A DNA stretch of 64,000 nucleotides. Source: an uncultured cyanobacterium. Its GTDB lineage: Bacteria; Cyanobacteriota; Cyanobacteriia; Cyanobacteriales; Cyanobacteriaceae. The notes under the pieces are model-generated. The model searched no databases. It was not told the origin of the DNA and saw nothing but the letters and a program-made list of their open reading frames with translations. Where the stretch lies: contig CAVVOP010000022.1 of the NCBI GenBank assembly GCA_963749915.1, positions 352,001-416,000 on the forward strand. The letters are read 5' to 3'. Position numbers and translations under genes: made by a program. This document shows positions 42,398 to 51,361 of this stretch, piece after piece (positions within the stretch are counted from its first letter, which is position 1; every line of letters starts with the position of its first letter).

Positions 42398-45300
42398 CTA
42401 TTCCGTGTAAGTCCCGGTCAAGAACGCCTCAATACCAGCAAAATTAACAGGAAGACCTGTCACCGTTGTCAAGTCAAGGTCCAGTGCTCCGTCAGTCACA
42501 GTAACACCTTTTAATGTAGCTGTTACCGCCGTTCCAGGTGCCGCACCAGCACCCAACGCCACAGACATGTGGAAGTCATCTAACCGTAGCTGATCCTCAG
42601 CAACCACATCAAAAACATGGCTACCAACGGTGGCATTTTTGTTGGGTTCCATCATGTGGAGAACCACATCATAGTTGCCATTGGCTAGGGGAATGTCGTA
42701 GGAAATATTTGTGCCATAACGCTTAGCGTAGAAGAGCTCATCATTATCTGTATTGCCAATCTCCTGAACAGCGTAATGAGTGCTGCCACCTTGGAATCCA
42801 TAATCTGCAGACCACTGGTTACCGTAGATGTCGGTAAAACTATCGCCGCCAACATTAATCCGAATGAGGGAATCCCCGGTTGCTGGTGCAGGATTCATTA
42901 GTACATCTACTGCGTTATTTAAACTATTTTCATCCGCGGATATGTTCTCTGCAAATCCATTGGGAGCCAGATTCTCCGCCCCGTTGGAGTCTAGGGAGTA
43001 GATATAAGCAGAACCGCTATTGTCACCATTGTCATCATCACGGAAGGCTCCAACGACAAGATTACTGCCGTCAGTGGAAATTGAATAGCCAAACCAATCA
43101 AGCTCAGCGGCATCAGGGGCCGTGATTTTTTTGGTCTGTATCCAGCTATTGTCATCTTGTTGATGGAAGATGTAGGCAGAACCACTGTCAATGCCACCAT
43201 CATCGTCATTGTAAGCACCAATAGCTAGGGTATTGCCTTTGAGAAAAAGGGAATAACCAAAGCGATCGCCTGCTGTTGCGTCTGCTGCGGTGAGTTTAGC
43301 TGTTTGTGTCCAACTTCCATCCCCCTGACGATTAAAGATGTAAGCCGCACCACTATCTTCACCGGTTTCGTCATTATGTTTAGCTCCCACAACAAGAATA
43401 TTACCATCAATGGAAACATTACGACCAAATTCGTCCCCGTCGGCCCCATCTGCTGGGGTAAGTTTAGCTGTCTCTAACCAATTACCATCCTCTTGGCGGG
43501 TGAAAATGTAAACAGAACCAGTACCATTGCCGTAGGCCCCCACCACAGCAGTATCCTCATTAATGCTAATAGAACGGCGACCCATGAAATCACGGCTAGC
43601 AGCACCAGAGCCGACCAGCTTGGCGGTTTCTGTCCAACTGCCATCCCCTTGACGGGTGAAGATGTAGGCAGAACCAGTATCTACTTTACCCCCATTATCA
43701 TCCCCAAAAGCTCCAATCAGTGCGGTATCGCCATCAATGGAGACAGAGTTACCAAATTCGTCCCCTTTTGCCCCATCAGCAGGGGTCAACATTGCTTTTT
43801 GTACCCAGCTATTGTCTGCTTGCCGAGTAAAGATATAGGCGGAACCTGAGTTATAACCAGGGGCACCGATGATCGCGGTATTACCATCAAGAGCAACATT
43901 ACGACCAAAGTCATCTCTCCCAGCCTTAAGTTTAGCTGTTTCTACCCAACTACCATCAGCCCCTTGTGAAAAAATATAGGCAGACCCAGCTCCATCTCGA
44001 AAAGAACCGATAATCGCGGTGTTTCCCTCTATATAGACAGAACTGCCAAACCAATCATTAGCACTCCCATCGGAGGCAGTAACTTTGGTGACCGTTGGGG
44101 GATTAATGTTAACAGCTAAAACATTTACGGTTACCATGGCGGAAGAACTATCACCATCAATATCGGTAATGGTGTAGTTAAAGGTATCAGTACCATCGAA
44201 ATCTGTGGCGGGGGTGTAGAGAATTTGGTTATTATCTACGGTGACAGTACCGCCGTTAGCACTGGTAGCATCTGCGGTTAAGGAGGCTAATCCATTGCCA
44301 AAGCTGGTATCATTAGCTAGGACATCAATAGTATTACTGCTGCTATTTTCATTGACTGTCCTACTATCTGCCACGGCGGAGGGGAACAAATCCACCGGGG
44401 TAATTGAGTTAACGGTGACGGTTACCATGGCGGAAGAACTATCACCATCAATATCGGTAATGGTGTAGTTAAAGGTATCAGTACCATCGAAATCTGTGGC
44501 GGGGGTGTAGAGAATTTGGTTATTATCTACGGTGACAGTACCGCCGTTAGCACTGGTAGCATCTGCGGTTAAGGAGGCTAATCCATTGCCAAAGCTGGTA
44601 TCATTAGCTAGGACATCAATAGTATTACTGCTGCTATTTTCATTGACTGTCCTACTATCTGCCACGGCGGAGGGGAACAAATCCACCGGGCTAATTGAGT
44701 TAACGGTGACGGTTACCATGGCGGAAGAACTATCACCATCAATATCGGTAATGGTGTAGTTAAAGGTATCAGTACCATCGAAATCTGTGGCGGGGGTGTA
44801 GAGAATTTGGTTATTATCTACGATGACAGTACCACCGTTAGCACTGGTAGCATCTGCGGTTAAGGAGGCTAATCCATTGCCAAAGCTGGTATCGTTAGCT
44901 AGGACGTCAATAGTATTACTGCTGCTATTTTCATTGACTGTCCTACTATCTGCCATCGCACTAGGTAGTAAATCAACGGGGGTACCGCTAGATGGGAGAA
45001 TTTCAATTCCGGCAATGTTGGGAGGGGTACCAGTTACCGTGGAGAAGTCTAAATTCAAAATGCCATCAATCACAGAAACATTGGCAATGGTTGCTGTCAG
45101 TGCTGTAAGGGGTGCCGCCCCAGATCCCAATGCTAGGAACATGTCGAAGTCGTCTAGCCGTACTGTTCCCTCTGCAGATACATCAAAAACACGGCTACCT
45201 ATCCGGGCATTTTTGTTGGGTTCCATCATGTAGAGAACCACATCATAAGTACCATTATCCAGGGCAATGTTGTAGGAAAAATCATCTCCATAACGCTTGC

Positions 45301-45442
45301 CGTAAAATAGCTGATCGTTATCAGTACCGGCAATCTCCAAAGCTTTATAATGGGTTGAACCACCCTGGAAGCCATAGTCAGCAGACCAAACATTGCCATA
45401 AATATCGGTAAAGCCGTTACCGCCAACGTCAATTCTAATCAT
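42398..45442 (-). CDS. 1014-aa modular protein: malectin, 3 cadherin-like repeats, FG-GAP beta-propeller, malectin
   Basis: About seven FG.SV.I.G....GA...GSAYIF repeats; three 97-aa IDVLAND repeats; malectin at both ends; AGAGGA upstream of ATG. Confidence 0.85.
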   Translation of the reverse strand: MIRIDVGGNGFTDIYGNVWSADYGFQGGSTHYKALEIAGTDNDQLFYGKRYGDDFSYNIALDNGTYDVVLYMMEPNKNARIGSRVFDVSAEGTVRLDDFDMFLALGSGAAPLTALTATIANVSVIDGILNLDFSTVTGTPPNIAGIEILPSSGTPVDLLPSAMADSRTVNENSSSNTIDVLANDTSFGNGLASLTADATSANGGTVIVDNNQILYTPATDFDGTDTFNYTITDIDGDSSSAMVTVTVNSISPVDLFPSAVADSRTVNENSSSNTIDVLANDTSFGNGLASLTADATSANGGTVTVDNNQILYTPATDFDGTDTFNYTITDIDGDSSSAMVTVTVNSITPVDLFPSAVADSRTVNENSSSNTIDVLANDTSFGNGLASLTADATSANGGTVTVDNNQILYTPATDFDGTDTFNYTITDIDGDSSSAMVTVNVLAVNINPPTVTKVTASDGSANDWFGSSVYIEGNTAIIGSFRDGAGSAYIFSQGADGSWVETAKLKAGRDDFGRNVALDGNTAIIGAPGYNSGSAYIFTRQADNSWVQKAMLTPADGAKGDEFGNSVSIDGDTALIGAFGDDNGGKVDTGSAYIFTRQGDGSWTETAKLVGSGAASRDFMGRRSISINEDTAVVGAYGNGTGSVYIFTRQEDGNWLETAKLTPADGADGDEFGRNVSIDGNILVVGAKHNDETGEDSGAAYIFNRQGDGSWTQTAKLTAADATAGDRFGYSLFLKGNTLAIGAYNDDDGGIDSGSAYIFHQQDDNSWIQTKKITAPDAAELDWFGYSISTDGSNLVVGAFRDDDNGDNSGSAYIYSLDSNGAENLAPNGFAENISADENSLNNAVDVLMNPAPATGDSLIRINVGGDSFTDIYGNQWSADYGFQGGSTHYAVQEIGNTDNDELFYAKRYGTNISYDIPLANGNYDVVLHMMEPNKNATVGSHVFDVVAEDQLRLDDFHMSVALGAGAAPGTAVTATLKGVTVTDGALDLDLTTVTGLPVNFAGIEAFLTGTYTE
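44127..44955. repeat. Near-perfect 291-bp intragenic tandem repeat (about 2.8 units)
   Basis: ACGGTTACCATGGCGGAAG recurs at 44127, 44418, 44709. Confidence 0.95.
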
Positions 45443-45545
45443 ATGAAATCAATCCTCTTAATTAATAATTATTGATAAATTTGGGAGATGGACATTTTAC
45501 TTTCTTAATCCTGAACATTGGGGCCAAGCTAAGGGCAATGCCTCA

Positions 45546-45770
45546 CAATACTGCGAGGGATAGCGGTCAAACTTTATGAGATGAGAAGTGTGGGGAGTGT
45601 GGCTCACAGGTGTCGGTTTTTTACAAAAACATTCTGATGAGGGTGAAGACTTGCGAGGACAAGGGTGGAAAGTGGACAAGGAAGAGGGGAATCGTTTAAG
45701 GAACACTTTGTTACAAATAATACATAAATAGCTGAAAAGACCCTTTTTCGTTTGTACTATCTCCCTTGTC
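45546..45770. repeat. ~220-bp non-coding repeat with CAATAC terminus; inverted copy at 52945-53169
   Basis: Near-identical reverse complement over about 190 bp; first 16 bp identical to 10517 element. Confidence 0.85.
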
Positions 45771-45903
45771 TGCTGTCCTTCGTTCCTTCCTTGTCTTGTC
45801 TCAACCCAAATGTAAAAAACCTACCCTTGTCAGGGGCACTGTGGGAAGTATGGGATTTTTCTTCCCCATCTTCCCCCTCTTCCAAGTCTCACCTTCGCCC
45901 AAA

Positions 45904-48900
45904 TCAGACGGAAAAGGCAAAAATCTCAATCCCAGAGATGTGGGGAGGACGACCGGCAACGGTGGCAAAATCCAAGTCGAGGTTGCCATCGACTACAGAA
46001 ACATCCGTGATTACTCCCGTCACCGCTGTTCTTGGAGCCGCATTGGTACCCAGTGCCACATACATGTCAAAATTATCCAACCCCAAAGCACCCTCAGCGG
46101 ACACATCAAAGACACGGCTACCAACTGTGGCATCATCTCTCGGCTCTGCCATATAGATAAATACATTGTAATTACCATTAGCCAGGGTAATGTTGTAGCC
46201 AAAATTGTCCCCATAACGTTTGCCGTTAAAGAGCTGATCATTATCAGTCCCCGCAATGGGTTGTGCACGGTAGCTGGTACTTCCTCCTTGGAAGCCATAG
46301 TCAGCAGACCAGACATTGCCATAAATGTCGGTAAAGCCGTTACCACCAACGTCAATGCGAATTAAACTATCCCCAGTGGGGGCAGCCGGATTGACTGTGA
46401 CGCTCACCTGGGCAGAAGCAGTATCTCCGTCGGTATCGGTAATGGTGTAGTTGAAGGTATCAGTACCATCGAAGTTAGCAGGAGGAGTATAGAGAACTCG
46501 GTCATCAGTGGGGTTAGCGTTGCCCTGGTCATCCACCGTGATGGTGCCGCCATTGGCACTAGTAGTAGTATTTAGCGTTAAGGAAGCTAGACCATCGCCA
46601 AAACTGCTGTCATTGGTTAGCACATCTACTATATTGTTAGTACTATTAGCATTTACCGTGGTGGTGTCAGCAGTAGCCTCAGGGAAGAGATCAGAAGGGG
46701 TTCCGGTTCCATCAGCCAAGAAAATCTCAATGCCGGCGATGTTAGCAGGACGACCGGCAACGGTGGCAAAATCCAAGTCGAGGTTGCCATCGACCACAGA
46801 AACATCCGTGATTACTCCCGTCACCGCTGTTCTTGGAGCCGCATTGGCACCTAGAGCCACATACATGTCAAAATTATCCAACCCCAAAGCACCCTCAGCG
46901 GACACATCAAAGACACGGCTGCCGACTGTGGCATCATCTCTCGGCTCCGTCATATGAATGACTACATCATAGTTGCCATCGGCTAAGGGAATGTCGTAAG
47001 AGAAGTTGTTCCCATAACGCTTGCCGTAATAAATCTCATCGTTATTAGTACCAGCAATGGGTCCTGCAAGGTAGCTGATACTTCCTCCTTGGAAGCCATA
47101 GTCAGCAGACCAGACATTACCATCAATATCAGTAAAGCCGCCACCGCCAACTTCAATGCGAGCGATCGCATCCCCCGCCGTAGGAGTCTTAACGATCACG
47201 CTCACCTGAGCAGAATCACTATCTCCGTCGGTATCCGTAATGGTGTAGTTGAAGATATCGGTGCCAGTGAAATTGGCGGGGGGAGTATAGAGAACTCGGT
47301 CATCAGTTTTCTCAGCCGTACCCCGGTCATCCACGGTGATGCTGCCATTGGTACTGGTGGTATTTAGGGTAAAGGAGGCTAGACCATTGCCAAAACTACT
47401 GTCATTGGCTAGCATCTCTACTACATTGTTACTGCTGTTGGCATTCACCGTGATAGTATCGTTAACTGCGTTGGGGAATAGGTCGGTAGGCAGATCAAGC
47501 AGAAACTGAGGAACATAAACATCAGGATAGTTAGCAGGATTAAAAATACCTAGATTGATACCTTTAGCTAAATCCCAGCGAGAATCTAGCTCTGCTACGA
47601 ATTTAACGATGTGCTTAGCGGCCGTAAAACGATCAGAAAATAGCTCTTCTAAAATTACGCCAAGAGAGCCGCTGGGCATGAGATGATAACCGACAGTTTC
47701 CAGGCGATGCTGAACAGCATCTTCCATCCAAACTAAAACATTGTTGTGATAATTGATAGGAATTGTGCCGATACTATCAGTCTTAGTTCCTTTGAGCAGG
47801 AGGACATGCCCTTCTTGCAAGGTTGGACGAACCGGATCCTCTGGAAGAGTGCCATACTTGATGTTCTTATTGTCAAGATCAATTTTTAATGAGCTGTCAT
47901 CAAATTCGATATCAAAGCGCCCAATTTGCAAATCGCTACTAGTTAAAATTTGGTCGTAGAGCGGATCATAGGTTGTGCCCATGAATTGAGGCAGTGCTGC
48001 TTGAGAAGCAGTGAAACCAGGATCAATCAGGAAATGGGCATGAGCATAGGGCAGAGGATTTTCTTCGCCATTAGCCAATGCTTCGCTAATAACAACGTAT
48101 GGATCTTTGAAGCCTTGTTGCCTAACGGTCCCAGTAGACCATTTCTTCCGTAGGTCATATTGTTGGTCAAATCCTATGACTTCTAAATTTGCCAACACTG
48201 TATCAACTTGAACCTGACGCCACAAGATACCATCATCAGTTTTTGCACTGGGATTTGTTGAGGCAATAAAGGTTGAGTCTTTAACGGTAAAACCTGGGTA
48301 GTATTGGCTACCTAAGCCAACATCACCTACTTCCCAAGCCGTAAAATCACTAATGACGCTACGCTCATCATTAGTTCGTCCGCCGCCAATACCAATCATT
48401 TCCAGGCCGCGAGTATCAGCGATGGACTGGTTGCCGACAAAAACATTAAGTCCTGGTGCAAAGGGGTGGATCCCATTGGGGCTATGGACAGATAACGGCT
48501 CTTCCAAAACTTCTGGATCAACATTGATTTGATCTGGAGCACGGAACATAAAAAAGTAACCGTCTAAACCAGAGTTGACCGAAATATTATCAATAGCATC
48601 AATGAGCTTACCTTGAAACCAAAAGCCATTGCCAAAATGCGCCATATCGTGGTTTTTCCATGACCCACGTTTTTCCAAGATCATGGTTAAGTCGGTGCTA
48701 TTATTCGTATAACGATAATCTCTGTTAGGGTCGAAGGTGGCGTCGTTATAATCAGCTCCGTAGGTATTTATGGCCATGTTACCGCTCCAAGTGCCGGTTT
48801 CGTTTCCAGTTTCAGCCATGAAGCCAGCACCTAGGACACCGTAAGTGACATTGTCAGAAAAATCAGCCCGACTATCGTGGCTAACGAAACCCCAGCCAGG

Positions 48901-50688
48901 GCCACCTGTGACCACAGAGCCTTCTATGAGGGCAGTGCTATCCATTTCTGAAGCACCGGCACGATGAAGGTGTACAGCATATCGACCCCGCATATTCGTA
49001 ATTTGGTTAGTCGGTGTTTTGACCCATTGGTCATTTTGTCTGATTCGTTCTGCATCTAGACCATCGAATCCTTTGCGTTGGAAGTCATCCAAAACGTCAT
49101 TCTTGTTAGTGCGTCCCAAATCATCAAAGGAAGCATAGCGTACTTGTACATCCTCGTTGTGCATGAACATGACATGCCCCATACTGGAGGCAATATCACC
49201 GACATCGTCAGCTTCGAGCACGCCTTCAATGGAGAGATCCGTGGCACTGTGGAACTCAATATTGCGAGTCAGGTTTGCCGCATAGGCCTTCAGATCGGAG
49301 CGAGGTGTATCGTGGTTGAAGTCAAGGGCACGGTCGAAGGTAACTGTCTTGCCGCTGATTTGAGTAACTGTACGAATTTCGTCCTGGGTACCTCGTGATT
49401 CTCCTGTTCCAGCCTCACGAGCCACGTAGCGTGTCCCCGTTATCACGATCTGGTCACCTATTTTCCAACCTGCGGGGACTTCGTCTAGCTCAATACTGCT
49501 ATCCCCGGCCATTGCAGTGGTGGCAATGGCTGATTTCGAAAGTTTTTGCTGGCCATTTATACGAGCGGCACCGTGAGTTATGACACCGATAGATAGCTGT
49601 TGAGGATCCCAGTTATATCTGCCAAGGACACCCGCACCATCGCTAACCGTCGTATAATTTGCCGAAGAGCGGGTTCCCGCTCCTGTGTCTGTGACAGTTG
49701 CACTGTCGCTGTAATAGGCGATCGCAGCCGCACTCCACCCTGAGGCCCCCCCTGCTTTATGGGCTTGAATATCAAAGGGACGGATTTCGATGTCAACCTT
49801 GCCATCAGTGGCAGCATCAGCGTCAATTCCAAGATAGCTGGTGGGGGTGGTAAATAATGTGTCGACAACGATCTTAGTATTTGCACCGTTTGTAGCAGTA
49901 AAAGTTAAGTTACCATCTACTCGTACGATAAAAAGGGGTGTGTTGGAGGACCCTTCATAGGTGACGTTGATATTCTCAGGAATATGAACGATTGCACCTG
50001 TTGTTGGAACCTGGCCACTCGCCCAAGTGCTTGAATCAAACCAGTTTCCACTAGCGATGGCAACATGAGTTGCCGTGTTCATCGGGCTTAAATTCATCAA
50101 GGCCTGATGTTCTGCGGCTTTGCCCGGATCATCTGGATGGGGATCCATATCTGCTTCTGCGGCAAAAGTTTGCCCCTCAATGACTAATTGAATGGCATCA
50201 TTTTCTTGGTGTAAAGCTTGCAACTGGGTCTGACTTAGCTCAACTCCCCGCACAATCGCTGAGAAGATAGCACCTTCATCACCCGCACTGTCTGTGTGAT
50301 TAATGCGAGCATCAATGGCATGACCTATCTCTTCCAAATATACTGCCACAACCTGTTCCCTTGGGGCAGTTTCCAGAAAGTCTCGTGACAAAAAAAGCCG
50401 ATCCAGTTCAGATATATAAGCCCCCCTTGCACCAGATAACTCTTCGGAAGTTCGGATTTCAATCTCCGGTAAGCTAGTAAAGTTGCCTTGGCCAAACTGA
50501 AGTAGCAATTGTTGTAATGCTCCGGTATTTACCTCTGTCCCAAATGCTGGTTCTAAAAGACTAGCGGCACCAGAGTCATTATTTTGGATAAAGGCTTGCA
50601 AAAAATCTTGGGAGATTCGCCGAATTTGTTGCAAATTTTCCCACAACTCGAATGGTAATAGTCCTGACTCAGTAGTATTTATGTTCAT
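45904..50688 (-). CDS. 1594-aa modular protein: EExGH N-terminal domain, G8, beta-helix region, (cadherin-like + malectin) x2
   Basis: YLEEIGHAID; G8 SGNW...TW..GQVP..GA.VHIP; GHVMFMHN, GRYAVHLH; two Ig+malectin units 801 bp apart. Confidence 0.85.
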   Translation of the reverse strand: MNINTTESGLLPFELWENLQQIRRISQDFLQAFIQNNDSGAASLLEPAFGTEVNTGALQQLLLQFGQGNFTSLPEIEIRTSEELSGARGAYISELDRLFLSRDFLETAPREQVVAVYLEEIGHAIDARINHTDSAGDEGAIFSAIVRGVELSQTQLQALHQENDAIQLVIEGQTFAAEADMDPHPDDPGKAAEHQALMNLSPMNTATHVAIASGNWFDSSTWASGQVPTTGAIVHIPENINVTYEGSSNTPLFIVRVDGNLTFTATNGANTKIVVDTLFTTPTSYLGIDADAATDGKVDIEIRPFDIQAHKAGGASGWSAAAIAYYSDSATVTDTGAGTRSSANYTTVSDGAGVLGRYNWDPQQLSIGVITHGAARINGQQKLSKSAIATTAMAGDSSIELDEVPAGWKIGDQIVITGTRYVAREAGTGESRGTQDEIRTVTQISGKTVTFDRALDFNHDTPRSDLKAYAANLTRNIEFHSATDLSIEGVLEADDVGDIASSMGHVMFMHNEDVQVRYASFDDLGRTNKNDVLDDFQRKGFDGLDAERIRQNDQWVKTPTNQITNMRGRYAVHLHRAGASEMDSTALIEGSVVTGGPGWGFVSHDSRADFSDNVTYGVLGAGFMAETGNETGTWSGNMAINTYGADYNDATFDPNRDYRYTNNSTDLTMILEKRGSWKNHDMAHFGNGFWFQGKLIDAIDNISVNSGLDGYFFMFRAPDQINVDPEVLEEPLSVHSPNGIHPFAPGLNVFVGNQSIADTRGLEMIGIGGGRTNDERSVISDFTAWEVGDVGLGSQYYPGFTVKDSTFIASTNPSAKTDDGILWRQVQVDTVLANLEVIGFDQQYDLRKKWSTGTVRQQGFKDPYVVISEALANGEENPLPYAHAHFLIDPGFTASQAALPQFMGTTYDPLYDQILTSSDLQIGRFDIEFDDSSLKIDLDNKNIKYGTLPEDPVRPTLQEGHVLLLKGTKTDSIGTIPINYHNNVLVWMEDAVQHRLETVGYHLMPSGSLGVILEELFSDRFTAAKHIVKFVAELDSRWDLAKGINLGIFNPANYPDVYVPQFLLDLPTDLFPNAVNDTITVNANSSNNVVEMLANDSSFGNGLASFTLNTTSTNGSITVDDRGTAEKTDDRVLYTPPANFTGTDIFNYTITDTDGDSDSAQVSVIVKTPTAGDAIARIEVGGGGFTDIDGNVWSADYGFQGGSISYLAGPIAGTNNDEIYYGKRYGNNFSYDIPLADGNYDVVIHMTEPRDDATVGSRVFDVSAEGALGLDNFDMYVALGANAAPRTAVTGVITDVSVVDGNLDLDFATVAGRPANIAGIEIFLADGTGTPSDLFPEATADTTTVNANSTNNIVDVLTNDSSFGDGLASLTLNTTTSANGGTITVDDQGNANPTDDRVLYTPPANFDGTDTFNYTITDTDGDTASAQVSVTVNPAAPTGDSLIRIDVGGNGFTDIYGNVWSADYGFQGGSTSYRAQPIAGTDNDQLFNGKRYGDNFGYNITLANGNYNVFIYMAEPRDDATVGSRVFDVSAEGALGLDNFDMYVALGTNAAPRTAVTGVITDVSVVDGNLDLDFATVAGRPPHISGIEIFAFSV

Positions 50689-50884
50689 TTCATTTAGATG
50701 CTTGCCGATCGTTAATAAATTTCAACTTGAGTCCCCGTAACTGAGACCCGTACTGGTACATAAGTCGTCAAGGGGCTTAGACATTTTTACCAGTAGGAGA
50801 TAAGCCCACCACTACGGGCTATTCCATGGCACTAGCAAAAATAAAAACTTGTTTAGTTCTACCTAAGTAATTGGTATTTCTTTC

Positions 50885-50987
50885 AGCTTAGAAGTTTTTT
50901 TTTGAAAATGACTAGTTTTTCCCGGTATTTTACAGAATCTTTAAAAATACCAAAACTTCACGAACCCTTTATATAAGGACTTTACAG
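50885..50987 (-). promoter_or_regulatory. Conserved ~100-bp upstream element, copy 3
   Basis: AGCTTAGAAG-T tract-GAAAATGACTAGTTTTTC...GTATTTTACAGAATCTTTA...TTATATAA...CTTTACAG matches copy 1. Confidence 0.6.
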
Positions 50988-51230
50988 AAACTTTATAATT
51001 AGAAGTATTTTATACTTTAAACGTAGAGAAAGTACATAAATACTTCTGCATTAAACCCTATATTTCCAAGAAAACACCCTCTTTTGACGGGGTAAACACT
51101 TAACTAGAATTATTTAAATAAAATTACTTACTTATTGTTCGCTTAATTTTAAACAAGAAAAACTACCATCAGGCTAAAAGCTTTATTTCACAAAGTTTTC
51201 CAGAAAAATAGTGATTAGGTTTTAAAATGT

Positions 51231-51276
51231 GGCGATCTCGAAGAGGTCGGCGAAGCCGTGCCTTCAGCTGATCGCC
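51231..51276. repeat. Small hairpin element inserted in a split HIP1 site (SDR-like)
   Basis: GGCGATC...CGGCGAAGCCG...GATCGCC; GC-rich in an AT-rich spacer. Confidence 0.5.
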
Positions 51277-51361
51277 TACAAAAATCTCCAAATCCTTATA
51301 CTTTCCTTGTCAGTGCGATCCCAGGAAGCGCACCACTCTTAGTAATATCAAATCCGGTTAG

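Noticed and set aside
44127..44955. Possible CRISPR array
   Set aside because: In-frame 291-bp coding repeats without spacers; no cas genes or repeat-spacer arrays seen anywhere in the window
44241..45233. Three near-identical plus-strand ORFs MTVPPLALV...
   Set aside because: Antisense shadows of the 291-bp coding repeat
38627..50688. Diversity-generating retroelement explanation for near-identical malectin copies
   Set aside because: No reverse transcriptase; copies are in-frame domains and adenine-specific variation was not evident
50729..50822. Known riboswitch (c-di-GMP-I, ydaO/c-di-AMP)
   Set aside because: Hallmark motifs not found by eye; kept only as an unnamed candidate
51140..51360. 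Further mobile-element end fragments before IS630 (also 17385-17402)
   Set aside because: Look repeat-like but no partner IR or second copy in the window
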